Part shown: in pieces, positions 19,026 through 28,437 of the stretch
How positions within the stretch are numbered: position 1 is the first letter of the stretch
Layout of the letters: each line of letters begins with the position of its first letter
Assembly: GCA_024763275.1 (NCBI GenBank)
Contig: JANTFT010000004.1
Span: 25,774-89,773 of the forward strand
Reading direction: 5' to 3'
Source of the DNA: Anaerolineales bacterium
Lineage (GTDB): Bacteria; Chloroflexota; Anaerolineae; Anaerolineales; UBA11858
DNA length: 64,000 nucleotides
Position numbers and translations under genes: made by a program
The notes under the pieces: generated by a model
What the model saw: only the letters and a program-made list of their open reading frames with translations
Told to the model about the DNA's origin: nothing
Database searches by the model: none

Positions 19026-20093
19026 TTATTTGATGGTGATCTCGTTCCCTTCGACAACCTCACCGATCACCCAAACTGGTTGATCCTTTTTATTTGCCTG
19101 GGCCCGGAACTCGTCCAGCCGGTCGCTGTTGACCGCTAGCAGCAGGCCGCCGCTGGTCTGGGGGTCAAAGAGCAGCATCAGCTCCCCTTCCGACAGGGAT
19201 TTGGGCGCTTTGATGTGGTCGCCGAAAAACAGGCGGTTATCAAAGGCGCCTCCCGGGAAGCTGAACTGCCTGGCATATTCCTTCGCGGGGCTGATGAAGG
19301 GGATCATGTCCCAGTAGATATTCAAACCGACCCTGGAAGCCTCGGCCATCTCCCAGGCATGGCCAAGCAGGCCGAATCCTGTGATATCGGTGGCTCCTTT
19401 AACTCCGTGGGACTGAGCCAGCTCACTGGCTGTGCGGTTGAGCTGTTTCATCCACAGCACAGCCTCAGCGACATGTTCCGGGGAGGCGATCTGGTTTTTC
19501 AGGGCTGTGGTGGTTGTGCCAAAGCCCAGCGGCTTGGTGATCACCAGGGCATCGCCGGGATGGGCGGCGGCTTTGGTCATGATCAGGTCAGGGTGGGCGA
19601 AACCCAGGCAGATCAACCCGTATTTGGGTTCCTGGTCCTGGATGGTGTGGCCGCCCGCTATCACCACCCCGGCTTCCAGGGCTTTTTCAGCCCCGCCCCG
19701 CAGGATCTCTCCAGAGATCTCGGTGGGAAGGTTGGGGGGCAGAGCCGCGATATTCAAGGCCAGGAAGGGCGACCCGCCCATAGCATAGATATCCGACAGA
19801 CTGTTGGCCGCGGAGATCGTGCCGAAGTCGTAGGGGTCATCCACTACCGGCGTGAAAAAATCCGTGGTGACGATCAGAGCCCGGTCGTCATCCAGCAGCC
19901 AGACAGCGGCATCGTCCGGCTCTCCCAGGCCTACCAGGAGATCGGGAAAATTCTTTTGGTCGTAAAGGCCTTCCAGGGGGCGCAGGACCTGCGCCAGCGC
20001 TTCCGCGCTTAATTTGGACGCTCAACCAGCGCAGCTGGAAAGAGCGGTGAGTCGGATTTCCCGTCCGGAAGGTTTCGGTTCTTTATTCGTCAT
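19026..20093 (-). CDS. selD: selenide, water dikinase (selenophosphate synthetase) with in-frame UGA selenocysteine codon at 20024..20022
   Basis: The track ORF (19026-19844) continues in frame upstream through a single TGA to an ATG at 20093: [37 protein letters not shown]... This matches the E. coli SelD N-terminus IRLTQYSHGAGC17GCK20ISPKVLETIL. TTDFF..V.D.P.DFG and AMGG motifs follow. Confidence 0.85.
19979..20009 (-). promoter_or_regulatory. candidate bacterial SECIS hairpins downstream of the selD UGA
   Basis: On the mRNA, AGCGC-GGAA-GCGCU sits 13-26 nt after UGA. GGCGCAG-GUC-CUGCGCC sits 27-43 nt after UGA. Both have G at the start of the apical loop. Confidence 0.5.
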
Positions 20094-20281
20094 ATGGTTA
20101 TCTGTTCCTGCCTGATCAGTACTGATGAAATTCTATCATACCAGCAAGTTTGACGCTGGACGGATGGGATTCTGCGGGCAGCATTCCAACAGCTCTCGCT
20201 GCCTTCGGCTTTCATTCTGGCTCCAGCAAAAAACTGCCCGGATTCCCGGGCAGTTTGCTATGTGTGATTTAGAGAAGCTCT

Positions 20282-21295
20282 TTAGGGAGCCAGCTCAGGC
20301 AGCGGCAGCAGGTAAGGGTTGTCGTTGGGGACCAGCATTACATCGATGCCCGGAGCGAGTTTTTCAATATAGCGGTAGTTCAGCAGCATGGGATTCTCAG
20401 TCAGCACATCGGCGATCAGCTGCAGGGCTTCCGCTTCGGCTTTGGCATTGATCACCGTGGCTTCGGCTTCTCCCTCGGCTTCGATGATGGCAGCGTCTTT
20501 GACACCTTCTGCTACCTGGCGGGCCTGCTCGGCTTCCTGCCGGCGCTGTTCCACGATGTATTCAGCCTGCTGGGCCAGCTGTTCTGCGATCTGCTTCTGC
20601 TCGATCGAGGCGGCATATTCGGGGGTGAAGGTGATATTGCGGAGCACGAAGTTTGAGAGGATCAGTCCGTTCTCTTCCATCTCGGCTGCCATTGTCTTTT
20701 CAATCTGAGTCTTCAGCTCTTCCCGCTTGGTGCTGTAGACCTCGTTGACCCGGAACTGGGAAACAGCATCGCGGATCACGCCCCGCACAGTCGGCCGGAC
20801 CAGACCGTCCACGTAGCGGTCCTGCCAGATGATATGCACGTCCAGAACATGCGCGGGATCCAGAGAAAAGATGATCGAGGCATCGATGTAGACTTCCTGA
20901 CCATCCGCGGTGCGGGCGGCAATGGAGTCATCCCCCTGGATCTCGCCTTCCTGGTGGGCAATGGACATGGTATAGGTGTTCTTCGAGATCGAGTAGATCT
21001 TAACATTTTCAGCGTAAGGGATCACCCAGTGCAGCCCGGGCTGGAGGACATCCTCCCGGTACCCTTTGGGGGCGACGGCGCTGATGACCACCCCGCGTTC
21101 CTGGGGCTGGATGAAGACCAGGCCGGCGCTGACTGAGCTGAAGAGCACAGCGACTGCGGCGGAAATGAAGATCCCGGTTATCGTGCCGCGGGTCTTCTTG
21201 CTCTGACGGGCGCGGACCACGGATAGAGCCAGAAAGGCCACAACCAGCAGCCAAGAAAAAGCCGCCAATGCTGAGACCAGAATAGTGATTTGCAT
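20282..21295 (-). CDS. SPFH/band-7 (prohibitin/HflK-C-like) membrane protein
   Basis: N-terminal TM, SPFH core, and C-terminal coiled coil EAEGEAEATVINAKAEAEA. I placed the start at the ATG at 21295 because the TTG at 21307 lies inside the GGAGGA SD. Confidence 0.85.
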   Translation of the reverse strand: MQITILVSALAAFSWLLVVAFLALSVVRARQSKKTRGTITGIFISAAVAVLFSSVSAGLVFIQPQERGVVISAVAPKGYREDVLQPGLHWVIPYAENVKIYSISKNTYTMSIAHQEGEIQGDDSIAARTADGQEVYIDASIIFSLDPAHVLDVHIIWQDRYVDGLVRPTVRGVIRDAVSQFRVNEVYSTKREELKTQIEKTMAAEMEENGLILSNFVLRNITFTPEYAASIEQKQIAEQLAQQAEYIVEQRRQEAEQARQVAEGVKDAAIIEAEGEAEATVINAKAEAEALQLIADVLTENPMLLNYRYIEKLAPGIDVMLVPNDNPYLLPLPELAP

Positions 21296-21437
21296 CTTTT
21301 CCTCCAATTTGGAAATATGTATTAATTGATCATGGTTCGTTCTTCGCTTAATTATATCCGCATCAGAAGCGCCCTGAGCTGCCAGACAGGGTTCTTATAA
21401 CATATTTACGGGGCTTGTGGTACAGTTTGGTTTTAAT

Positions 21438-22208
21438 ATGAGTGCAATGAACCATTCTTTTCCTGTCCTGGCATTTTTTGCCCATCCTGACGACGAGACC
21501 ATGTTTCTGGGTGGGACGCTGGCGTATCTGTCCCAGGCTGGCGGGGAGCTCCATTTCCTCTCCGCCACCCGGGGAGAGGGCGGTGAGCTGGGGGATCCGC
21601 CTGTCTGCCGGAGGTCTGACCTGGGAAGGGTCAGGGAAGGTGAGCTGCGCTGTGCGGTTGAAGCCCTGGGTGGGGTCAGCCTGGACTTCCTGGGATTTGT
21701 GGATCCCCTGGTTGGGCCCAATGACGAACTATTCCCTTTCAGCCCGGACCTGAACGAGGTGGTCCGCCGATTGAGCGCCAGGATCAGAGAGATCGAACCT
21801 ACAGTGATCCTCTGCCATGGCCCGGCAGGTGAGTACGGGCATCCAGCCCATATCCAGGCTTACCAGGCGCTGATGGCTTCCCTGGGGGAGATTGATTTCC
21901 AGCCCCGGGCAGTTTACGCCCCCTGCTGGCTGTCACGGGAGACCGGCCAATTCACCCCGGCCCCGGATTTTATTGTGGATGTCAGTCCCTGGCTTTCTCA
22001 GAAGACCGCTGCTGCGATCTGCCATCGCTCCCAGCATGACCTGTTCACCCGCCACGGCTCAGCCCGGGCAGGCAGGCCGGTGACCGTTCCCGAGCTGATT
22101 CGTCCTCAGGAAGCCCTCTCCAGGATCTGGCCGGCAGGGGAGGGGTCTGACCCCCTGGAGGACCTGCTGCGGAAAATCACCCTTCCCTCCGGCGAGGCAA
22201 ATCGTTGA
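21438..22208 (+). CDS. PIG-L/LmbE-family deacetylase
   Basis: VLAFFAHPDDE motif and HPAH downstream. I preferred the ATG at 21438 over the GTG at 21417. Confidence 0.8.
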   Translation: MSAMNHSFPVLAFFAHPDDETMFLGGTLAYLSQAGGELHFLSATRGEGGELGDPPVCRRSDLGRVREGELRCAVEALGGVSLDFLGFVDPLVGPNDELFPFSPDLNEVVRRLSARIREIEPTVILCHGPAGEYGHPAHIQAYQALMASLGEIDFQPRAVYAPCWLSRETGQFTPAPDFIVDVSPWLSQKTAAAICHRSQHDLFTRHGSARAGRPVTVPELIRPQEALSRIWPAGEGSDPLEDLLRKITLPSGEANR

Positions 22209-22294
22209 GATCAGACTGTCAGGGTCCTCCCATATACTCCCCCTACTTTGAGTGATAAGTCCGAAAACAAGAAGGATCTCAAGTCTTTGGTAAA

Positions 22295-24178
22295 ATGAAT
22301 TCCATGAAATTTACCTCCCGGCTCACTGGAACCCCGCTCAAAATAACCTTTGCCCTGGTGGGCGGCATCGCCTTATTCGTCATGGCATTAAGCCTGGGGA
22401 CAGTGGGTTTCCGGTCGATTTACCAGGGGCGGATATTTCCCGGGGTTTATCTGGGATGGATCAACCTCAGCGGCCAGACTCCAGTGGACGCGGCCAATCT
22501 GCTGGCGGAAAAGATCACTTATCCGGACGAGGGGCTGATCACCCTCCAGTATGATGATCTCAGCTGGCAGGCGACACCGGCCGAACTGGGTTTGTTCTTC
22601 AGTCCCAACTTCAACGCTGAACAGGCCTTTGCGGCTGGCAGGACGGGCAATCTTGCCCGGCGCCTGGCTGCCCAGATCGAGATCCTGCGCCATGGTTGGG
22701 TGCTGACCCCCCAGTTTGTGATGGATGAAAAGACCGGACTGGAGTATCTGGAGAAAATCGCTGAAGAGGTCAACCAGCCGGTTGTGGAGGCATCCCTCAA
22801 GCTCGAGGGTCTGGACGTGCAGGTTCAGCCGGGGCAGATTGGCAGGGAAATGGATATTCCGGCATCCCTGGAAGTCGTGGCTCTGCAGCTGGAAAGTCTG
22901 CAGAGCGGCAGCATCCCCCTGATTGTTAAAGAAACCTATCCGGATATCCTGGACGTCAGCGCCCAGGCGGAATTTGCCCGGGAGATCCTCAGCCAGCCCC
23001 TGGTCCTGCGGATTCCCGAGGCTGCCGAAAATGACCCCGGACCCTGGACCCTCCAGCCCGACCGGCTGGTGGAAATGATGGTCATTGAGCGCATTTTCAC
23101 GGAAGGTGGGGCGGAATACCGCATCGCGCTGGACTCGGAACAGCTGCGGGCCTATCTGCAGAACAGGGCGGCGCGGATCGACCGGGAACCGACCAACGCC
23201 CGGATGTATTTTGATGACGAGACCCGCGAGCTGGTGCTGATCGAGGCTGAGCAGGTTGGTCTGGAACTGGACGTGGATCAGTCAATCATTGAGATCCAGG
23301 CCCAACTTCAGGAAGGGGCCCACGATATCGCCCTGGTTGTTGAAAAGACCTACCCTGCTGTGACCTCGGAGGCCACCGCTGCTGACCTGGGCATCACCGA
23401 GCTGGTCGGACAGCAAACCACCTATTTTTACGGGTCTGACTCCTCGCGGATCAACAATATCGCCACCGCCGCAGCAAAATTCCACGGGGTCTTTGTCGCT
23501 CCCGGGGAGACCTTTTCGATGGCGGAGGTGCTGGGGGACGTCAGTCTGGACGAGGGCTACTCGGAAGCCTGGATCATCTACGGGGACCGCACTATCAAGG
23601 GGGTGGGTGGCGGTGTCTGCCAGGTGAGCACCACCCTGTTCCGGACGGTCTTCTTTGCCGGCCTGCCAGTCGTGGAGCGCCATCCCCATGCCTACCGGGT
23701 GCTTTATTATGAACAGCGGGCTAATGGGAGCAATAACCCCAGCCTGGCAGGATTGGACGCAACCGTTTATGTCCCCGTGGTGGACTTCAAGTTCACCAAC
23801 GATACCGGCCACTGGCTCTTGATGGAAACCTATGTCTACGGAGACTACCGCCAGCTGACCTGGAAATTTTACGGCACATCGGACGGCAGGACTGTTGACT
23901 GGGATACCACGGGGCTGAAGAATAAAAAGGACCCTCCCGATCCGATCTATGAAGAGAACCCGGATCTTGCCAAGGGAGAGATCAAGCAGGTGGACTGGGC
24001 TGTGGAAGGGGCCACAGTGACAGTGACCCGCGATGTATATCGGGATGGACAACTCCTCTGGGAGGATATTTTCAAAACCAAATACCAGCCCTGGGCGGCT
24101 GTGTGTCAATACGGCCCGGGAACCAAGAACTATCCTCCGGAAAACCCCGACCCCGATAAACCCTGTAAGAAGAAGTAG
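22295..24178 (+). CDS. VanW-domain protein
   Basis: 627 aa. N-terminal TM and a C-terminal VanW core (GGGVCQVSTTLFRTVFFAGLPVVERHPHAYRV). Confidence 0.85.
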   Translation: MNSMKFTSRLTGTPLKITFALVGGIALFVMALSLGTVGFRSIYQGRIFPGVYLGWINLSGQTPVDAANLLAEKITYPDEGLITLQYDDLSWQATPAELGLFFSPNFNAEQAFAAGRTGNLARRLAAQIEILRHGWVLTPQFVMDEKTGLEYLEKIAEEVNQPVVEASLKLEGLDVQVQPGQIGREMDIPASLEVVALQLESLQSGSIPLIVKETYPDILDVSAQAEFAREILSQPLVLRIPEAAENDPGPWTLQPDRLVEMMVIERIFTEGGAEYRIALDSEQLRAYLQNRAARIDREPTNARMYFDDETRELVLIEAEQVGLELDVDQSIIEIQAQLQEGAHDIALVVEKTYPAVTSEATAADLGITELVGQQTTYFYGSDSSRINNIATAAAKFHGVFVAPGETFSMAEVLGDVSLDEGYSEAWIIYGDRTIKGVGGGVCQVSTTLFRTVFFAGLPVVERHPHAYRVLYYEQRANGSNNPSLAGLDATVYVPVVDFKFTNDTGHWLLMETYVYGDYRQLTWKFYGTSDGRTVDWDTTGLKNKKDPPDPIYEENPDLAKGEIKQVDWAVEGATVTVTRDVYRDGQLLWEDIFKTKYQPWAAVCQYGPGTKNYPPENPDPDKPCKKK

Positions 24179-24220
24179 GCTATAATTGAGACGGTAATGC
24201 CACCCGCCGAGGAGGAAGGA

Positions 24221-24439
24221 ATGGTCAGTAAAGAGCTGCTTGAGATCTTACGATGCCCTGCCTGTGTCCAGACCAAGGAGGGCACCCTGGATTATTATAA
24301 AGAAACCTGGCTGGTTTGCCAGGAATGCGGCCGCAAATACCCCATCCGGCAGGACATCCCGGTGATGTTGATCGATGAGGGGGATAAGTGGATTGACACG
24401 GCGGTGGAGGACCTGCCGGTACCCCCGCCTGAGAAATAG
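24221..24439 (+). CDS. Trm112-family (UPF0434) zinc-ribbon protein
   Basis: LEILRCPAC...LVCQECGRKYPIRQDIPVML. The ATG at 24221 is preceded by GAGGAGGAAGGA. Confidence 0.75.
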   Translation: MVSKELLEILRCPACVQTKEGTLDYYKETWLVCQECGRKYPIRQDIPVMLIDEGDKWIDTAVEDLPVPPPEK

Positions 24440-24450
24440 ACTGATCATCA

Positions 24451-24490
24451 AGGGACTGAGTGCTGTAAAAGGACTCAGTCCCTCTTTTTG
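24451..24490 (+). terminator. rho-independent terminator
   Basis: Perfect 11-bp stem AGGGACTGAGT / ACTCAGTCCCT with an 11-nt loop, followed by CTTTTTG. Confidence 0.75.
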
Positions 24491-24491
24491 T

Positions 24492-25145
24492 TTAACCCAG
24501 CACCGCCTTCAGCCAGCAGTCCGTTAGCACCTGGTGGCCGCGCGGTGTGGGGTGGACCCCATCCTCCAGCAGCTGGGGGGCGGGTGTGCCGGAGGCCGCT
24601 GCCTCAGTAAGGGCAGATTGGAAAGGCACAAAGACGGCCTCAAATTCCCGGGCAAGCTTCTCCACGGCAGACTGGCGGCTGGCGATGTCCCGCTGCCATT
24701 CCTCGGTGACTTCCCCGGTGAGCAGCACAAAAGGTTCGCAGAGAACCAGCCTGACATCGGGCAGTTCCCGCAGTGTGTTTTGCAGAAGCTGGCGGTAGAT
24801 ATTCAGGAAACCTTCCGGGCTGGAACCAATTCCCATCAAGAGATAATTCCAGGTGTCGTTGACTCCGATCAGGATACTGATCAGGTCAGGCAGCAGCCGC
24901 AGGGAATCCTGCTCCCAGCGCTGGGACAGATCCTGGATGCGGTCTCCGCTCACGCCCCGGTTGTAGATCTGGAGGTGATGGTCTGGATAGCGCTTCAAGA
25001 GCTGATCAGCGACCAGGTAAGGGTATCCAGAGCCGAGTCCGCTGGGCGAGTTAGGACCGACAGCGGCCCTGCTGCGCCCAGCATCGGTAATGGAATCACC
25101 CTGGAAGAGGAGCACGCTGTGGGGTTTGATATCGATATTGGTCAT
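24492..25145 (-). CDS. SGNH/GDSL-family hydrolase
   Basis: 217 aa. Block I LLFQGDSITD, block III GVND, block V DGVHP. Confidence 0.85.
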   Translation of the reverse strand: MTNIDIKPHSVLLFQGDSITDAGRSRAAVGPNSPSGLGSGYPYLVADQLLKRYPDHHLQIYNRGVSGDRIQDLSQRWEQDSLRLLPDLISILIGVNDTWNYLLMGIGSSPEGFLNIYRQLLQNTLRELPDVRLVLCEPFVLLTGEVTEEWQRDIASRQSAVEKLAREFEAVFVPFQSALTEAAASGTPAPQLLEDGVHPTPRGHQVLTDCWLKAVLG

Positions 25146-25329
25146 GTTGGTTTCCTGAACGAGGATGAAATACCTGGCTAGAGACTTTTTTGGGGAATGG
25201 TATGATTTCCCATGTTATTTCCCCGGGGCTTTTCCTCTCATTGAACGAGGGAATGGTTTGCAATCATCCGTTGTGAGGGTGCTTGAAAGCAGCCCTTACT
25301 TATCACTGATCCCACTCCCGCTGGCAGCG

Positions 25330-26133
25330 TCAGCCCTGTTTCCGGGCGAAAAAGATCAGCTCACCCGGGTAGGTTGAGCCCAGGGGGTTCTTATCATAAT
25401 CAGCGAATATATCCAGCACCTCGAAGCCGCAGCGAGCCAGCAAATGTTCCGCTTCGTAGCGGAACAGGTAGCGCATCGGAAAGGCGTAGACAATGCGCTC
25501 CTTCCGCCCATTGGGATGCCGCAGGTAGTAGATCAGCTCCACGTCCAGAACCTGGTTAAAAAGATCCCGGGCAGCGACCTTGTCCCGGCGCCGCACCTTG
25601 ATGCCATCAGGGGTTGTGAATTCGGGTCCAGAATCCATTTCCTGCCCCAGATCATCTGCCGAGAGATGTTTCAGCGAGGGATTGAAGATATCCAGGATGA
25701 AGGTTCCGTCTGGTTCAAGATGGCGGTGGATGTTTTCCAGGCAGCGAATCTGGTCTTCCGTGGTAATCAGGTGCTGGAAGGGGCGGAAAGGAGTGGTGAC
25801 CAGGGCGAATTTCCTGCCAAGATCAAAATCGCGCATATCTCCCTGTATCAGATCCACCCGTTCCTGGACTTCCCTGGATTCTTTTTTCAGGGCATCCCGG
25901 CAAACATCCAGCATATATTCTGACAGGTCCAACCCTGTGATCGGGATCCCCGCCCGGGCGGTGGGCAGCAGCACCCGTCCGGTACCGCAGCCTACTTCCA
26001 GCACAGGGCCACCGGATTTAAGAGCGGCTTTCACAAACATTTTTACATCCGGCCGATCCCGATAGGGGCCGAACTGGTCATAGAGCTGGGCTACAAGGGG
26101 ATTGGATTGGTAACCGCCAGTATCCTGTGACAT
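25330..26133 (-). CDS. class I SAM-dependent methyltransferase
   Basis: 267 aa. SAM motif I VLEVGCGTGR. Confidence 0.85.
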   Translation of the reverse strand: MSQDTGGYQSNPLVAQLYDQFGPYRDRPDVKMFVKAALKSGGPVLEVGCGTGRVLLPTARAGIPITGLDLSEYMLDVCRDALKKESREVQERVDLIQGDMRDFDLGRKFALVTTPFRPFQHLITTEDQIRCLENIHRHLEPDGTFILDIFNPSLKHLSADDLGQEMDSGPEFTTPDGIKVRRRDKVAARDLFNQVLDVELIYYLRHPNGRKERIVYAFPMRYLFRYEAEHLLARCGFEVLDIFADYDKNPLGSTYPGELIFFARKQG

Positions 26134-26145
26134 AGGTTCTCCTTA

Positions 26146-26640
26146 TTAGTGCACGCCCCAGATGGCCCAAACGGCGATCATGGTCAGGCCGATGGCGAAG
26201 CGCGCCACAAAGGAAAGCCCCCAGCCTGTCAGCAGGCCTTTGGTCACTCTCCAGGCTTCCCTGCTGTCGCGCAGTCGGGCATACTCCAGCAGGAACAGCA
26301 GGGTGGGCGCGGCCGCGATCCCACCAACAGGAGGGAAAGCAAAGGTTCCGACCAATCCGGCCAGCAGTGCCCCGCCGATGGAGATCCAGCTGGCTCCGGC
26401 CTGGCGGGCCTTACCTCCCATCAGGATGTTGTCCACCAGGGTTCCGGCAATCATCAGCAGCGTGATCACCACCAGGACCCAGATCTCCAGGGCCGCAAAC
26501 CCGGTGATCAACCCGTGGATGAGGGCCGCAGCCCAGATGATCACCACACCGGGATAGATGGGCAGGACCATGCCGAAAAGGCCGACGGCCATGATCAGGT
26601 AAGTGAGTACATTGAGAGAGAGATTCAGCCAGTTAGGCAT
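26146..26640 (-). CDS. DUF456-like integral membrane protein
   Basis: 164 aa with four hydrophobic helices and a Gly-rich pattern typical of DUF456. Confidence 0.65.
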   Translation of the reverse strand: MPNWLNLSLNVLTYLIMAVGLFGMVLPIYPGVVIIWAAALIHGLITGFAALEIWVLVVITLLMIAGTLVDNILMGGKARQAGASWISIGGALLAGLVGTFAFPPVGGIAAAPTLLFLLEYARLRDSREAWRVTKGLLTGWGLSFVARFAIGLTMIAVWAIWGVH

Positions 26641-26853
26641 GTCTATTTCCGAGTATGTTTCATTCCGAATTTGTCTGGATAACCATATGGTAAGCAGGTA
26701 GCAGTAAACTGATTTGATCCTAGATGATTGATAACAATGTCTCTGGAACCCGGTCTGTTTACGGCTTACAGAACCACTGCTTACTGTGTAGCAGATCTAG
26801 CCTGTTCTCAGTCCTCCTGTCTCTTCACTCAGAACAGAAGCTGGGTGATCGCT

Positions 26854-28131
26854 CTATCTCGGCCCGATCACTTCGACCCCGCCCATCCAGGGGCGCAGCA
26901 CTTCAGGAATTACCACAGAGCCATCCTCCTGCTGGTTATTCTCTAGGACGGCGATCAGCACCCGCGGCAGCCCCAGGGCGGATCCGTTGAGGGTGTGCAC
27001 AAAGCGGGTGCCCTTGCCGCCTTCCGGGCGGTAGCGGATCGCTGCCCGGCGGGCCTGAAAATCCCGCACGTTGGATACCGAGGAAACCTCCAGCCACTCC
27101 TGGCAGCCGGCTGCCCAGACCTCAATGTCAGCTGTGTAGGAAGCCGCGAAGCCCAGATCGCCGGTGCATTGATTCATCACCCGGTAAGGCAGGCCCAGCA
27201 GCTGGCAGATTCTCTCGGCGTTCTCAAGCATGCGTTCGAACTGGCTTTCCGAGTCCTCCGGTTTGCAGAAGACATACATTTCCACTTTGTCAAACTGGTG
27301 GCCGCGTTTGATGCCGCGGACTTCCCGGCCGGCGCTGAACTTTTCGCGCCGGAAGCAGGGTGTGTAAGCGGTGTAGGAGATCGGGAGGTCGCCTTCCTCC
27401 AGAATCTCGTCTTTATGGAGGCTGGTCAAGGGTACCTCGGCTGTGGGCACCCACCAGAAATCCTCCTCATGGTCATGATAGAGGTTGTCGCCAAATTTTG
27501 GCAGCTGGCCGGAAGCGTAGACTACCTCTTCCTTAACCATAAAGGGAGTATAGCGCTCCTCGTAACCGTGTTTGGTGATAGTGTCCAGCATGAAGCTTAT
27601 CAGAGCCCGCTGCAGCCGGGCGCCGGGGCCGTTTAGGACATAAAAGCGAGTTCCCGAAAGCTTTACACCCCGCTCAAAGTCCAGTATGCCCAGAGCTGGT
27701 CCTATATCCCAGTGCGGCCGGGGTTCGAAGTCAAATTCTGGTTTATCCCCCACCGTTTTGACAACCTGATTTTCGCTGTCGTCAGCGCCCACGGGAACTC
27801 GCTCATCGGGCAGATTGGGGAAGGTGCCCAGCAGCGCTCCCAGGGCAGGCTCCAGTTCTGCCAGCTCTTTTTCCAGCGCGTCCAGCTGATCGCCCAGGGC
27901 GCGCATTGCGGTAATTCTTTCCTGGCGCTGGTCAGGGTCCTTGCTTTGACCGATCTCCTTAGAGGCCTGGTTCTTCTCGGCCCGCAGGGATTCTACCTGC
28001 TGCAGCAGACCCCGGCGTAGCAGGTCCATTTCGATCACCTGATCAACCGCTTCTGTTCCCTGGTGGCGCCTGGCCAAGCCTTCCCGCACCAGATCGGGAT
28101 GATCCCGGAATAATTGAATATCTAACATCAC
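26854..28131 (-). CDS. serS: serine--tRNA ligase
   Basis: 425 aa. N-terminal coiled-coil arm and class II motifs (FRREKFSAGREVRGIKRGHQF, GSALGLPRVLIAVLE). Confidence 0.95.
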   Translation of the reverse strand: MMLDIQLFRDHPDLVREGLARRHQGTEAVDQVIEMDLLRRGLLQQVESLRAEKNQASKEIGQSKDPDQRQERITAMRALGDQLDALEKELAELEPALGALLGTFPNLPDERVPVGADDSENQVVKTVGDKPEFDFEPRPHWDIGPALGILDFERGVKLSGTRFYVLNGPGARLQRALISFMLDTITKHGYEERYTPFMVKEEVVYASGQLPKFGDNLYHDHEEDFWWVPTAEVPLTSLHKDEILEEGDLPISYTAYTPCFRREKFSAGREVRGIKRGHQFDKVEMYVFCKPEDSESQFERMLENAERICQLLGLPYRVMNQCTGDLGFAASYTADIEVWAAGCQEWLEVSSVSNVRDFQARRAAIRYRPEGGKGTRFVHTLNGSALGLPRVLIAVLENNQQEDGSVVIPEVLRPWMGGVEVIGPR

Positions 28132-28149
28132 AGCGCTCCTGAACGTCGT

Positions 28150-28431
28150 TAATTAAAACATCCCCTCGCCAGCAGGACGAGGGGGTGTTCGTGGTGCCAC
28201 CTGCTTTCACCGTTTCAGCGGTCTCATTGTAGGCGCGGTAACGGGCGGTCCGGCTCCCTTACGGCAGCGGGCTGCCCCTGCGGGAGCGATGTCCTCCCCT
28301 GAATGGAGTCGCAGGGAAGAATGCGGAGGGGATTTCTCCAGCGCTGGCCAATCCCCTCTCACCATCCGGGGACTCTCTGGATGGCCAGGATGGATACTGA
28401 TCTCCGCGTCCATCTGTTATTTATGGTCTTC
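28150..28431 (-). promoter_or_regulatory. T-box riboswitch leader of serS (candidate UCC Ser specifier)
   Basis: Read on the minus strand. Stem I carries AGUA / GAA S-turn elements, an AGAGAG bulge and a GGUGAGAG distal loop. The T-box sequence AAAGCAGGTGGCACCACG lies at 28207-28190. A terminator CCCCTCG...CGAGGGG + TGTTTTAATT follows just before the serS SD. Confidence 0.75.
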
Positions 28432-28437
28432 GCTCTC

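Noticed and set aside
19215-20012. 265-aa plus-strand ORF opposite selD
   Set aside because: It is a Gly/Arg-rich shadow frame of selD with no domain signature. The selD frame has strong homology along its whole length.
23282-24109. 275-aa minus-strand ORF opposite the VanW gene, and similar long antisense ORFs (6653-7336, 24534-25181, 60717-61415, 53961-54518)
   Set aside because: All overlap confidently assigned genes on the other strand and lack any motif. They were treated as GC-driven open frames.
27715-27735. GGTTCGAAG, a tRNA T-loop-like string
   Set aside because: It lies inside the serS coding region, and no acceptor, D-arm or anticodon-arm pairing can be built around it.
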